A DNA stretch of 63,715 bases, filler included, from Octopus bimaculoides (Eukaryota), in assembly GCF_001194135.2 (NCBI RefSeq). It is 6 parts of 5 records of this genome, joined end to end, with 100 filler letters (N's around TTAATTAATTAA, not from the genome) between each part and the next. Parts side by side here need not be neighbours in the genome. Positions count along the whole stretch, not along the records: positions 59,878 to 63,715 come from NC_068985.1; 5 more parts are not named here. One strand, 5' to 3'. Below are positions 63,715-63,715 of this stretch, in pieces; the first letter of the stretch is position 1; each line of letters begins with the position of its first letter. The notes under the pieces are model-generated. The model saw only the letters and a program-made list of their open reading frames with translations. It did not search any database and was not told the DNA's origin. The position numbers and the translations under genes were made by a program.

Positions 63715-63715
63715 G

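Overview
AT-rich, microsatellite- and transposon-dense animal genomic DNA. It is most likely octopus or another coleoid cephalopod, inferred from the SINE families and a cephalopod-type protocadherin. Five artificial 100-bp joins (44 N + TTAATTAATTAA + 44 N) split the window into six original scaffolds, so adjacency across them is not proven. Host genes: (1) a cyclophilin B (PPIB-like) gene on the + strand with exons 2-5 resolved (8333-13255) and exon 1 not found; (2) a scaffold (46056-52929) carrying a probable protocadherin tail exon, then a candidate promoter/5'UTR exon and the start of the next protocadherin (signal peptide + EC1, cut by a join). The rest is mostly decayed mobile DNA: mariner, Merlin, ISL2EU-like, Helitron-like ends, RTE, CR1, Tx1/L1 and R4/Dong-like LINEs, and at least four SINE families. 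The most notable observation is that two independent Tx1/L1-type insertions (about 3.1 kb and 144 bp) sit at the same nucleotide position, in the same orientation and with a 16-bp target-site duplication, inside the tRNA-derived head of the dominant SINE. This suggests a sequence-specific retrotransposon that parasitises a SINE. Microsatellite-embedded retroelement ends in (TAA)n and (CATA)n point to further site-specific systems. No rRNA, true tRNA gene or CRISPR array was found.
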